This document shows, one piece after another, positions 38,449 through 52,218 of a DNA stretch of 64,000 nt; the first letter of the stretch is position 1, and each line of letters opens with the position of its first letter. Where the stretch lies: positions 12,586,001-12,650,000 of the forward strand of contig NC_043022.1 of NCBI RefSeq assembly GCF_006345805.1, written 5' to 3'. The translations under genes were made by a program, and so were the position numbers. Source of the stretch: Octopus sinensis. Its lineage: Eukaryota. The notes beneath the pieces are model-generated. The model did no database searches, was not told where the DNA came from, and saw only the letters and a list, made by a program, of their open reading frames with translations.

Positions 38449-40256
38449 CATATACGACAGGCTTCTTTCAGTTTCCGTCTACCAAATCCACTCACAAGGC
38501 ATTGGTCGGCCCAGGGCTATAGCAGAAGACACTTGCCCAAGATGCCACGCAGTGGGACTGAACCGGAGCCATGTGGTTGGTTAGCAAGCTACTTACCACA
38601 CAGCCACTCCTGCACCTTTATGTTCTGAGTACAAATCCCACTGGGGTCAATTTTGCCTTTCATCCTTTCAAGGTCAATAAAACAGAGAATCAGTAAAGTA
38701 CTGGATTTGAAGGTAACAACTAACTGTACAAATTTTGAGCCTTGTGCCTATAGTAGATAAATTTATTATTATAAAATGATAGTTTACATTAAAATATATA
38801 CTTTCGTTTCTAAATTTAGATTCAGACTTTTGTTTACTTGGATTTTTCTTTTGTAGGTCAAGGTTAGTCCTGATCTAGAAGACCTACATCCTGGTTCTTA
38901 TTCAGACAGTGCTTTTAGGATTGCATTGTTCAATGTTTCCTTCTTTTATTCTTAAGAGGGAGATTTGGCTGCTATTTCTAGCAGAGCAAGAAAGCAACTA
39001 TGTAGGTAGTCTTGCATTGCTACTGTTGTCAATGTGACTCAAGTTGAGTGTTTTAACATTAATTGAACAACTTTATAATATCATCCATGGTTCATTGAAT
39101 ATACTCAGATGTGATCTAATTACAACTGCTTGGTCACCTAACTATTACCATTGTCAACTTAGGATATCATTATATCATTCATAATAACACATCATATCAC
39201 TAGGAGACTATTCATAGCTTTCTCCCTTACTCTCTTATATGTCAATTGAGGGGTATTCATCTCCGTCTTTCTGCTTAACTCTCACTCTCCCTCTCATTTA
39301 TTGATATTCAGCCACTCTTTGAACTCATGAGGCTGTGTGGGGCTATATTCCTGCATGATTAGTCAAACTATTAGAATAGCAGCCAAATTCCTCTCCTAAC
39401 ACACTCCTACCTAAAAGACATACTGAATTATGTAGTCCTAAATTCAGTATCCCTGTAAAAAAAACAAAAAAACTATAAGGCAGTTTCAGCTGGAATGTCT
39501 CTGATTATACCCAACAACAATAACTTTAATGAAGTCTTTCTCCTCTCTTCACACCAGTAACTGTAATTTTCACTGGACCTACTTATATTATAAATTGTTA
39601 TCTCACTTAGGCAATCCCTATATTATGGGTTTACATGAACAAAGACTGAATCACTGCACATATACAAGAATCTTACACCACAAGCTCGCTATATACAACT
39701 TGACCCCTTCTTGTGTCACATCCTCTCCACACAAAACTACAAACTGTCACAACATCTAATCATATCTTATGTTACTCTCTCAGCTTGTAAAACCTCAGGC
39801 ATACAGATAATCTATACCTCCTTTGCACCAGCTAGTTACATGTGCTCAGTCTTACTGCCCATACAAAACACTTCACCGAACCTTCTTCTTGATCCCTCTG
39901 GAATTTCCTTATTACCCAGGTTTTTTCCTGCAGACATTGACCTACAGACATCATCAGAATGTCTGTAGGTCAATGAAAGCCTGTAAAGGTCACTGGCACC
40001 TCCACCCCCTAATTGATATTAACCTTTCAATCAATACACCACCACTGCTACTACAGTCAGCCTCCCTACTATATCCTGTTTGAATGGTTTAGGAGGAACC
40101 ATTCAACTGTAAAACCTCTATCAAACAGTTTAGGCTGCAATATCAAGTATTTCAAGAATCTATTAACCTTTCCTTCATAAGAACAGAAAAAATGTCAAAA
40201 GTTTTAATGAAAGTGAAAAATTTACATTACAACAGGTAAGTTAGATTACAGCAGAT

Positions 40257-40313
<57 letters not shown>

Positions 40314-43300
40314 TTTCAGCAAACTGAATGTATCTATACATATACACACATGCATTCACAAATTGTATTACAACAGATATTTTCTGTTTACAGACACAGA
40401 TTGTATTATAGCAAATGTTGTGTGTGTGTATACATACCTATATATATATATATATATTATATATATATATATACACACACATACATACACAGCTTATATT
40501 AAAGTAGATATTGAAAATATATATATATATATATATATAAACACACACACACACATGTAAAAACCTCCTTCGGTTATGAATGACCATGCGATTGCACCTA
40601 AAAAGTTGTCCTCCAAGGCACAAGTTGGGGCAGGTTGTTTATGGAAGACCAGCAGCCACCCATGCATACCAGCCTCCTGTCTTCACGACACTGATGTTAT
40701 CTAAGGGAAAGGCAAATACAGCTTAGTACCAGTGATGTCGCAACTCAATTCAACAGCTGAGTGAACTGGAGCAATATAAAATAAAGGTTCAGTCCCACGG
40801 CGTGGCACCTTGAGCAAGTGTCTTCTACTATAGCCTTGGGCCAACAAAGGCCTTGTGAGTGGATTTGGTAGACAGAAACTGAAAGAAGCCCATCATATGT
40901 GTGTGTGTGTGTATGTGTAGGGTTGTGTGTTTGTGTGTGTCCCCACTTGACAACTGATGTTGGTGTTTATGTCCCTGTAACTTAGTGGTTCGGCAAATGA
41001 GACCGATAGAATAAGTACTAGGCTTACAAAGAATAAATCCTGGGGTCAATTTGTTTGACTAAAGGCGTTGCTCCAGCATGGCTGCAGTCAAATGACTGAA
41101 ACAAATAAAAGAACACACACACACACACACATTTTAAAGAAACATTTCAACATTTATGGAATCTCACAATTATAATTTGCAGAAGTGTATATCAACTTGA
41201 ATGAGAACCCACAATAATTACTGGTATATATTTTATCAACCTAGTATGAAAATTAGAAAGTTAAGTGAGATTTGAACACAATGAAAGGAAATGAATCTAT
41301 ATGTTGTAATACAACCGAAACACTCTACATTTACACTGCCACTCACTAAATATCTCTCAGCGTGTGTCTACTTTGTCTTTTTACTTTCAGTTTGTTGTTT
41401 AACCCAAGGTAAGTCTTGATCTGTCAAACCTAAGACATTCCACTTGTGACCACTTTGTCTCTTATTCAAACATAATTGGTCTTGCTGCAGAAAGACAAAC
41501 TGTAAGTATATTATATACTATATTACAGAAATATATAATTATTTTATATTCACTTGCCATGCTAGAATGAGTCTCTACTGGGGTCCACTGCTCTCAATAC
41601 TGATTCGAGATCAAGTGTAGCTTGTAAGTTTCATTTTTGGTTTAGTTTCTACAGCTGGATTCCCTTCCTATCACCAAACACTTAACAGAATGTACTGGAT
41701 GCATTTTATGACAGCACCAGCACTTTAGATATTGTAATGTCCTTGGCAAAACAAGGCGGAAGGGTCCTCTTGATTCCTCTGCTTTCTCCACTCATTCCCA
41801 TATAACTTTATAGAGTAATATTGGATGTCTTTTATTGTGGTGCCAGCATGAGAGGGTTGCTTTGTACAGTGTAAATGTACAGAGTACTGACTACTTTAAG
41901 ACATGTACAGTCACTCAAGATAATGCAACTGAAGTAGTGAATAGGAAATAGAGATTATTGACAGAGGAAAAGTCAAGATGGGTAAATAAGGCAACAAGAG
42001 CAAGAAGGGGTTAGGGAATGAAGGGGTAGTATATACTGCACTACAGAGTATTTGTATAAATATTTTAGTCATTGCTATAAGTTTAAACAGATATAATCAC
42101 CTTGTCTGTATATACAATATATTTAAGAACAGAAGTAATTTAAAACTGTAAGAGTATAGGAAATGACAACTTACCTTTTCTTTACTGTCTCCTTTGAAAG
42201 TCTCTTGTACAAACATTGCACCTAAGGCATAACCTAGTACTGAATCAGTATCCATAACACAATACTGCCACATATCAATATTTCCTTTTGTACCTGCATG
42301 GAACAATGATACATTTAATACACACATGCACATAACACATATACTCAACATCAGTTATTAAAATTTATGCTGAAAGAGCATTACCGTCTTGGCAGAATCA
42401 TTACAGCTTTGAACAAAAGTGTTTGAACAAATATTTTATTACAGCTCTTTTACATTCTGACTTGGAATCCTGCTAAGGTGAACTTACTTTGCCTTTCATC
42501 CTTCCTCTAATCCGAGAGGCCTTGCAGCTATGTTACATTGGAAGAGGGCAGTAGAATCAGGGTAGCAACAGCAAATATGATGTTTCAAGTTTTTACTATA
42601 TTTAATAGCATAAAAGACACATAGCCACATTAGACATGCTCAGTTTCAGCAGTGCATATTCAAAGTACAAAGTTTTCAGTGCCATAAAGCATATAATATA
42701 GGACAAAGTTCACATATAAGACCTGGGGTGAATGATGGGGGGGAGGGGTGTTCATATATGCCATCAAATATGGTACTTAAATTTTTAATTTCAGCTGCAC
42801 CAGTTATATATTGGTATTGATCAAATATCTGACCGATTCTGTCAAGATAGAACTGTGGCCATGTTAGTTCCACAAATATTACTGCTAATATTCTTGGGAG
42901 AGGTATTTTTGTCACAGCATGGCACTCTCACTGATTCATATTTCCTCTAAAACATGGGGGTCTCTCAGTATCAGGCACTGGTCCTTATTTTACTAAGCCT
43001 GGAAGGATGAAAGTTTAACTCAGGTGGGAACTGAACTGAAAACATAAAGGAATTTAACTAAACACTGCCATATATGTTGTCTACTGTTCTACTGATTCTG
43101 ACAATCCTTCTACTACAACACTAATGAATGCTTACTTAGATTAATTAACTAATAAGTTTTAGTTTCCCATCAAAACAAACTTTATGCAATTGATGAAGCA
43201 AAATGAATAGGCGAATAATAAGGGTTTCAAAGTTTGGGACAAGGCCATCAATTTCAGGGGAGTGGGTAAGTTGATTACATTGACCATAGTACTCAACTGG

Positions 43301-46300
43301 TACTTATTTTATTGACCCCAAAAGGACGACAGGCAAAGTTGACCTCAGTGGAATTTGAACTCGGAATGTGAGTAAGAACAAAATGCCACTAAGCATTTTG
43401 CCTGGGGTGCTAATGATGTTGCCAACTTGCCACCTTAATGATAATAATTATCATAACAAAACATGAAAATATATTTTAAAATGTATTTAACCTCGTTTGG
43501 ATTTATGTTAGTTAGGGTTCATCTGCAATGAATAAACTAGAAAGGTCATTCAGTGATTCAAAATTTGTGTAGTGATCAGTAGTCAGTTAAGTAGGTATTT
43601 AATTAGTTATTTTCATTTTTATCACCTGTAATCCAAGATTCACTAAGTCTGAATACAAGACAAGTATAATTGGAATATCATTAGTTATAGATCTGTTGGA
43701 GGACTGTTTTAGGGCTGAACAACAACAAAACACAGCATGTGTAATATTTTCAAATAAATACATGACCACCACCATATAGTGGCTGCCATAGTCCTTACCT
43801 GACACACTTTTAGTGAGAATATCCCTGGCATCACGGAATGGTGTAGAAAGATAATTTGTTAACGTGCGTACAACCCGCCATATTAAGTAATTATTCAGGA
43901 TTCTGAGAAATAATAAACACATTAAGTAATGTATAGTTATAATAATAATAATAGTTTTATACATAACAATAGTTTTAAATGTCCTGGAGTGTAGGATGAT
44001 GTGTGAACAGTGTAACTGGGATGACTGTGTAATGTGTGTTGAGTGTAGCTGATGTGGCGAAATGCTAAATGTAATATAACTGGAGTGACTGCATGCTGTG
44101 CGTTGAGTGTAGGTGGGGTGACTGCATGCTGTGTGTTGAGTGTAACAAATGAATCATCAAAAGCTTTATACCAGTGTTTCACAACCTATTTTTCCCCAGG
44201 CCCCACTATAACTTTCCACAAAAATGTATGCCTCACCAGTGGTTGGGAAAAAAACATTATTTTTAATATTTTATCACAATTATTTAATACAAAAGAATCT
44301 ACCAGTAACTCTTTTATTAAATACTAAGTACAAAAAAGTATCATTATTGATTAAGAAAGAAAAAAAAGTGAAACACTTTAAATGAGAACCTTGTGCCTGG
44401 TGACTACAGCAGATTTCCTTGATTCAATGAGACAATTTTATTAGCTTCAGCCATAGCATCAAAATACCACTATACTGTAGCAAACAGTCTTTACTCAGTA
44501 TGCTTGGCTGGGCTGAGTATAAGTGTTGGTATCATGATAAGATGCACCCTATATACTCTGTAAAGTGGTTGGCTATATGAAGAGCATCATGCCACAGAAG
44601 CCAAGCTAAATTACACAAGCACCTAGTCTTTGAGAGCTGTAGCTTCCAGTTAGGTAATTTAAACTGTAATGACCTATACAACCTATGCCATAGTGGTGGT
44701 GGAGCTGAATGATATCAAGCTGTTTCCACTCAATCATACCCTAACATTCATTTCTCCCCTTTTATCATCCCTATTATGCTGTCCACACTTAGGCCCAGCA
44801 CTATTCAGTTGTGGTCGTTTCTCTCCTGAATATCATAACTAAAATGTGTGGGATTAAATGACAACAGTGAAAATTATTAGAGAGGGATAAAGTATAGCAG
44901 GAAGTAAGTGAAATATCAACTGTGCCTACCTTTTACTGTTAGTATCATTTAGCATGTTTTCAAGCAGATGATGCAGCTTACTGAGGAACTCCGGAGCAAA
45001 GACAACCACCTCTTCCGAACTGTCAATGTCGATGTTGACCACAGAGAAACGCTCATTTAGGTACTTCTGCCAATTGATCTATTTAAAGCAGATAAAATTT
45101 GATATTTAATACAACAGTTTTAAAAGCAACAGTAGTGTGTGTATATAATTAATAATAATAATAATAATAATAACCTAAGGGAAATAAATTATGTGGGTTA
45201 ATGACATGAATTTAGATAAATATGTTAGGGGATTATATACTAAATGATTTTTACAGAAAATTTTGAGCTGTTAATTTTGTGCTTGTCTAGTGACAATAAT
45301 TTTAAGAAATTAAATAATTTTGTATGTCTTGAATTTTCTTTGAATGCTTTGACAAGTTTTACTGATTAGCAGTTGAGTGATGGGATTTTTGCAAAACAAA
45401 AAAGGAGGGGATAGGGGAAGCCTGCTAGACATGTTTGTGGAATACTCAGCCACTTACATAACAAATACAGTGAGCAGGTATTTGTCAAAATATATGTCAA
45501 AATAAATGGATATCCATTAACTTTTACTCTCTCTCTCTCCCACTCCCTATCTACTTATATGAACACACACACACACACACATACCTACATACACACATGG
45601 ATATAGACACAGATACATATATAGACATATACATTTATAATGTCATAATATGTCATTGTATTTTAAACGTGTACAGCAAACAAAAGTAAGGATTAGTCAA
45701 TACTTGTGCTAAAAGTAACATTTTTAAAAATTTCTATTAAAGCTGAATATTTTCTCATGTCCATTATTTAGTTATAAAAGACTTCATTTTATTCAAAAGA
45801 TGAGTAAATATCTGATTGCTTGAAGTATATGTTATGATCACAATAGGTTAATAACTCAATTTTAATAGAATGTTTATACACATGCAACAGGTTGGGTGCA
45901 ATTTTACTGTTTCTAGGAAGTCAAGCCATCACAGTGATGTTCCCCCATGATACAACCGTTTTATTTGAATCAAAGTGCCTGGTTGGTTTACCAGAGATAG
46001 TTGGAAATAATATCTGTGAGACTGCCTTTTTATTTGCTGTCAGTTGCACACACATCTTAATAGTGTAGCATCAAAAGCTTCTGCTGTCACCACACAAGGT
46101 TTTGCAATTGATGCTAAGAAGAATCTGATGTAATTAATTAATGAATATCTATTGTTGCCAGAAAATATACACAATAATACACCTATTGTTTGTGACAATG
46201 TGTACGTCAGTATTATTATGGTAACAACTCTATAGCTTTAATTAGTTGCCATTTAATCACATGATTAATAATTAATATCCTTAGCCTACTTTCTTCTCTC

Positions 46301-47636
46301 TAGTCCAGCCAACCTACTGACAGCATGTCCACTATCCCAGCCCACCCAACTAAATCTGTCCAGTTGTTTCTTCTGAGGACTGCGGACCCACGTTTTTTTC
46401 CCCAGCACTCAATTATTACAAATATTCAGAATTGACCATCAACCCAATCAATCTTGCGAATCTTAAAAAGGCTTGATGATGTCCTAAATCACTGACATCC
46501 TCCTCCATTGACTAATATAAACAAAAATATAGGATTCCAACTTCAACACTAGCAAGAAATTCTTTCGACAAATAAATCTTAATTGGAGATTATTGACAAC
46601 AAAAACACCAGCCATAAATTGTTAGTTTATTTGTTAGTGGTGGTTGAGTAACCTTAGAAATAAATCACTGGGGAGAGAGGCTACCACTGAATATTATCTT
46701 ATAATATGTACCTAGTAAGACCACTGCACACCATAGATGACCATGACCCAACTTCACTGGTTGATTTCCTTTTTTGAATGTATTCAGACTGTTTTGAGGC
46801 AAAAAAAAAACCCACCCGAAGGACATAACAATGATATGTCCCAAGCAGAAATGGAGCAAACAAAGATATTAGATTGTATGCTTGTACCATTTTGTAGAGT
46901 GTAAATAGAGTGATAGTATAGTGTGTAGCATGTAGTAGAGTATAGCTGGGGCAATACTATGATGTGTAGCATGTTAGGTTATGGTTCACTTGGGTTTGAA
47001 CATTACTAGAGGAAGCTTCAGATCAACCTACTAGTAATAGCAGCCAAATCTTCTTCAAATAATAACTTACTATCTTTAAAAAAGAAAAATTGGATGTCCT
47101 CTTAGAAATATCTTGCCTAAATAGAAGATGAGATGATCATCTGTTTTGATTTAGAGCTAAATAACATCATCTGTTAATCTAGTGTGTGTGTATGTACATT
47201 CACACAAATGAAACTTGACATCTAATGTCTTTGATCAATTAAAATGGTGATAAGGATAAAAATGGTTTACATTTCTTGTTGAGATTATGACCAGACTCTC
47301 TGCACTTTTGAATACCTGTAGAAGAAATCCATCACTTGAAAATGAGTAGGTTTGGAAATATCTAAGTATAAAACCTTCTCAAATACATCCCTGTTCAACC
47401 CATGCTAATTTGGAATAATAGATGTCAAACAAACAAATATATTATTATCGTCATTTAACATCTGTTTTCCATGCTAGCATGGGTTGAATGGTTTCACAAG
47501 ATCTGATGGGCCTAAGGACTGCATTGTACTCCAGTGTCTGCCTTGGCATGATTTCTGCAGCTGGATGCCCTTCCTAATCCCAACCACACACACAAATCTA
47601 TTAACATATACTCATGTGTGTGTGTGTATATATATA

Positions 47637-47679
<43 letters not shown>

Positions 47680-50600
47680 TATTCATTCATTCATTGATGA
47701 CTTTTGGCAACTTGTATCTCCATGTTACATCATTAATTGGATACAGTTTGTTATCCAAGCACTGCTGAATTGTTTATTCTCTATTTTCATATGTAACATA
47801 TAAATGTTAATTGTTCTTTATTTTAAAGCACAAGTGAGGAACTTGAGGGGCTGGAAGTGCTGTCCCACTCTGCATACAATCCAGATCTTGCACCACCAGA
47901 TTTCCACCTTTTCTGAGCCATGGCTTATTTCGTGCATAAACAGAGGTTCAACAATATGGATGAGGTTGAGAACAGGTGCAGGAAGATTTTTAGCCTCTAA
48001 GCCAACTAAATGATATAAGCATGGATTTGAGCTTCTGGCACAATGATGGGATATATTTGGATGAATAAATGTTTTTTGTATATAATTTATTTGAACTGTT
48101 ATTTAAATTTTGAAATATGAAAAAACTTTTGACTCAGTCTGGTATATAAGTGGCAATGCAAGAAACTCTTTGCCTTTTGAGTCACTCTGTAACTTCTAAT
48201 AATTAATAATAATATATATATTTATATATTTGGATGTCAATGAGGAGAAAAGCATTGAATATATATAACGGAGTTCAAATTTGATGAGTCTTTCTGTCAT
48301 TACTTTAACTTTTTTTCCTCTACACATTCATTTGTGTAGCAAAGAGGAAAAACAGACAGATGAAAACTGAACACACACACATACACATTTTCAGAAGTAC
48401 TGTAATGAACAACCAATCTAAGTTTAATTAATGACCAATTGAATGTTTTACCTCCAAGATAATAATTATTTATTTACCAAACAAACATAATTGCTTTACT
48501 TCTGTATCATCACCATTCTTAATTGGAAGGATGGTGAGAAAATAAACAGACCAATCCTCTGTTTAATGTGAACGTGAAAGAAATAAAGAAAGAAAATTGT
48601 TCAACAAGAATATCTCGAAATAGCAAATGTCTGTTATTTGCTTCCAGGTGAATAGAAGAAGAAATTGCAGGTAATTTATTTTCTAATCTATTCAACTGAA
48701 AAAAAAAATTAACTTCTCCCTGTTTTCATTATTTCTTTATAATTATTTTATTTCAACAAATGTTATATTGTATTTATCTATTTTTACAAGGAAATTTTTA
48801 ACCATGAGTTTGAAGTTCAGTTTTGTGGCTTTCATTGGACAGTTTGTCTGATGAAAGCTACATAGTTGAAACTTGAAAGTCACTGTCAACCTTTACTTTG
48901 TAAAAATAAAATATGTTCCCCTATTGAATAATCCTTAAATTTAATTGTTTAACTGCTTTTACATATAATTATACATAGAATAAAAAATATAACATTTTAT
49001 TTATCTATTTTTTATAGCTTTTAACTCTATACTATTCCAGGACAGAGTTTTAGTGGGATATTGTAGTTGGCTTACATCGTATAGACCAGGGAATGATCAT
49101 GAGTAGGTGATGAGTGGGTAATAATATGAATGCTCATAGCTATTGGAGCTAGCCACTGTTTCCACTCACTGCTCTGTGAGTTTCATTCCTCTAACAATCA
49201 AACCCCACCCCACTGCAAAGCCATTTCAACAAGAAACAACACTATACAGTTCCTGCTCTATTTGTATGCCTGATATATTTTTCATTACATTGGTACCATA
49301 CATAGGTGCAACCCACTGTTAGCCTCAGATATCCATCTGTCCACAAGTTTATCCGAAAGAGGTAAAGGCTCTGCCCACATTTGCCTCCAGTGATGTCACA
49401 GATAACATATTAGAGTGTCGTAAATTCTACAATGTTAGCTCTGTGGTTCACTAATTATTGAACATCATTGACTGTATTTATCAGCAAATTCTTTTGAAAA
49501 TCTGTTGAAGGAATTGAACTCAAGATGTTTGAAATCATTGATGTAGCACATTAACCATCCAGCCACCAGAAATAACAAAATCAATGAGGGAGATTCTGTG
49601 TGATTGTTCAACCTGCTTGGAATAGTAGGCAAATATACCTCAAATCACATCCTACTCTCCTAAATAATCAGATATATAAAACATGGGATGGTGTCAGCTG
49701 ATCAAGGCTGACTTATGGATAAACAAAAGCAACAGACAGATGAATTGTCACAAAACCATTAAAGAGATAAACACAATTAGAGGTGCAGGCATAGATGTGT
49801 GGTTAAGAAGCTCACTTTGCAACCATGTAGTTTCAGATTCAGTCCCACTGTGACAGTGTCTTCTACTATAGCCCTGGGTCAACCAATATCTTGTGAGTGA
49901 ATTTGGTAGAGAGAAACTGTAGAATGCTATCATATGTAGGTAAATGTGTGTGTGTGTGTGTGTGTGCCACCCATCATTGCTTGACAGACAGTATTGTTTT
50001 GTTTAAATTCCCTGTAACCTTGAGATTCAGCTAAAGAAACCACACTCTAAAACAATGAATTACTGGAGTCAGCTTGTTCAACTAAAAACCTTCGAGGCAA
50101 TGCCCTTGCATGGCCACAGTTCAATGATTGAAACAAAGGATAAAAGAAGAAAGAGTACTTAGTGTTGAGCAGTTTCATACTGAGTGCTGAGTACTCAGTG
50201 TTGAGCGTTAGCAATTATATGTGTAAAGTAACTTACAAAGGGTGCCAAAGTTTGAAGCTCCTTTACTGTCATCTTGTGGTACTGTTTTTCCTCATCTTGA
50301 CGTTCTTCTGCAGGTGTCGTTATCTACAAAAGGTATCATTGAATAAATATTGTCAACAAGTCACTGGTGGTGGAATTGAGTGGGATGGCAGACAAAAAAA
50401 AAACTGTCTTGTGAGACAGTTCATAGCCTAAGATGAAATATTGCCAGGTCAATAATACTAGTTACATAATGAGGTAAATTTAATCAACCATAACTACACC
50501 TCATAAACTTGTAACCAATGACTGAGACCAGTAGTACAGGATGTGGAGACTGTACAGAGTAGCCAAAATCCACCCAAAATTTAGGTTATGCCACTGACAG

Positions 50601-52144
50601 AATCTTCAAAAGTAACTGTCTTTAAAAAAATGGTAGGGTACATGGGTAATGTAGTCTTAGAGCTAGCTTGAGGCTATAACAACTATATATTTATGTATGT
50701 GTGTCCTGGGTATGACTAAACTGCATCTGGTTATAGGGACCTGGTTCAACAAATTGGCAGAATATTAGATAGAATAATCTCTGATATTTGTTCTAGTTCC
50801 CTGTGTTCTCAATTCAAATTCCTCTGAGGCCAGCTTTGCCTTTCATCATTATGGGGTCAATATATATACAGTACCAGTCAAGTACTGGGACCAAGAAAAT
50901 AATGCTCACATTATGGCCCAACCACTTCTATCCATGTTACTGTAGACTTACTTGATAAGAAAGACCAGTTTTGAGCCATTGGCATATTTCATAGCCAGAT
51001 GATCAACCAATAGGTCATGGTTCTGATATAATTTTTAGTAAGATATTTCATTTGTTTCCTTTTTTTTTAACCTTCTTTACCAAATATCACCTACACTTTA
51101 TATATATATATTAATGGGAAATGCATGAATGGCCAAGCCATCCTAGCAGGACTGGAACTCAGAAAGTATATCCGTATGGGTCACTGAAAATATGTACAGC
51201 TATAGTAAGCAGAGTGCTCTTTGGTTCAAGCTCTGTGGTTTAGTTTAAGGGTGTGTACATGAGTGTAAGGCTTGGGATACAATATTCATGAAGTGCCATC
51301 CCTGTAACCTTACCTCAACAGCTATTCTGTCAATGATTTCAACAATTCCAGATAGTCAACTTACATTAGCAATTTCAGTTTCAAACTCCAGGATCTCCAA
51401 CATCTGATTGTAAGTGTCATTCTTTTCTCCACCAAGCAATACTCCAATGGTGGTCATGTATTCAAGTGCTGCAGATAATATCTAAAAAGAAGTAAGAAAA
51501 GTATATAGTGAGACATCACTGAAGCTCATTAATGACCACAAGAACTCAAGAATAGAACATACACACCTCCTGCATATATTCTTGAAGTAGACACACCTCT
51601 AGCTGACAGACCTTTGAACCAGACATATTTCCTACACACATTCTTTAACCACAATTTTTAACAATTGTTGAGATGAATTTCGAATAGACTCTTTTCTAGT
51701 TATTGCTTTGTCTGTTATTTATTTATATTCTATTTTATTTTTATTGTCTTAAACTTTTAGTCTCTTTTAATATGCATTGATTTAATCCATATATTTTTCT
51801 TCATTCGACTCCATTCATATTACTTTTTTTAGATTTTGTTACCTTTTGTATTCATATATATATATATATATATGTATATTTTTATACTATTGGGTTTTGT
51901 CACTCGTTGCCCTAATGTTTTTAATATATATTTATGTTTGATATTGTGATAATATGAGAATATTATAAAGTTACTTCGGACCAATTAGTGTTTATTCGTT
52001 ATACCCTTAAATTTGTTTTTCCTTTAGTCTCAGTGTCACCTGAGCACTTCCACTTGCAGTCCTATTTTTTATTTTTCGGTTTAACAAAATTATAAATTAC
52101 CTTCATATATATAATGCATATATATACTTTGTGGTGGCCCAAAT

Positions 52145-52218
<74 letters not shown>

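Noticed and set aside
51313-51364. Second strong donor (GAG|gtaagg) 51 nt beyond ECE exon D
   Set aside because: Extending exon D to it introduces an in-frame TGA (GTA AGT TGA); no evidence of use.
51560-52100. Possible Penelope-like or other old LINE remnants (also ~8560-8950, 25800-26250, 46300-46650, 49130-49470)
   Set aside because: They look like decayed retroelement sequence, but I could not recover diagnostic motifs to assign a family.
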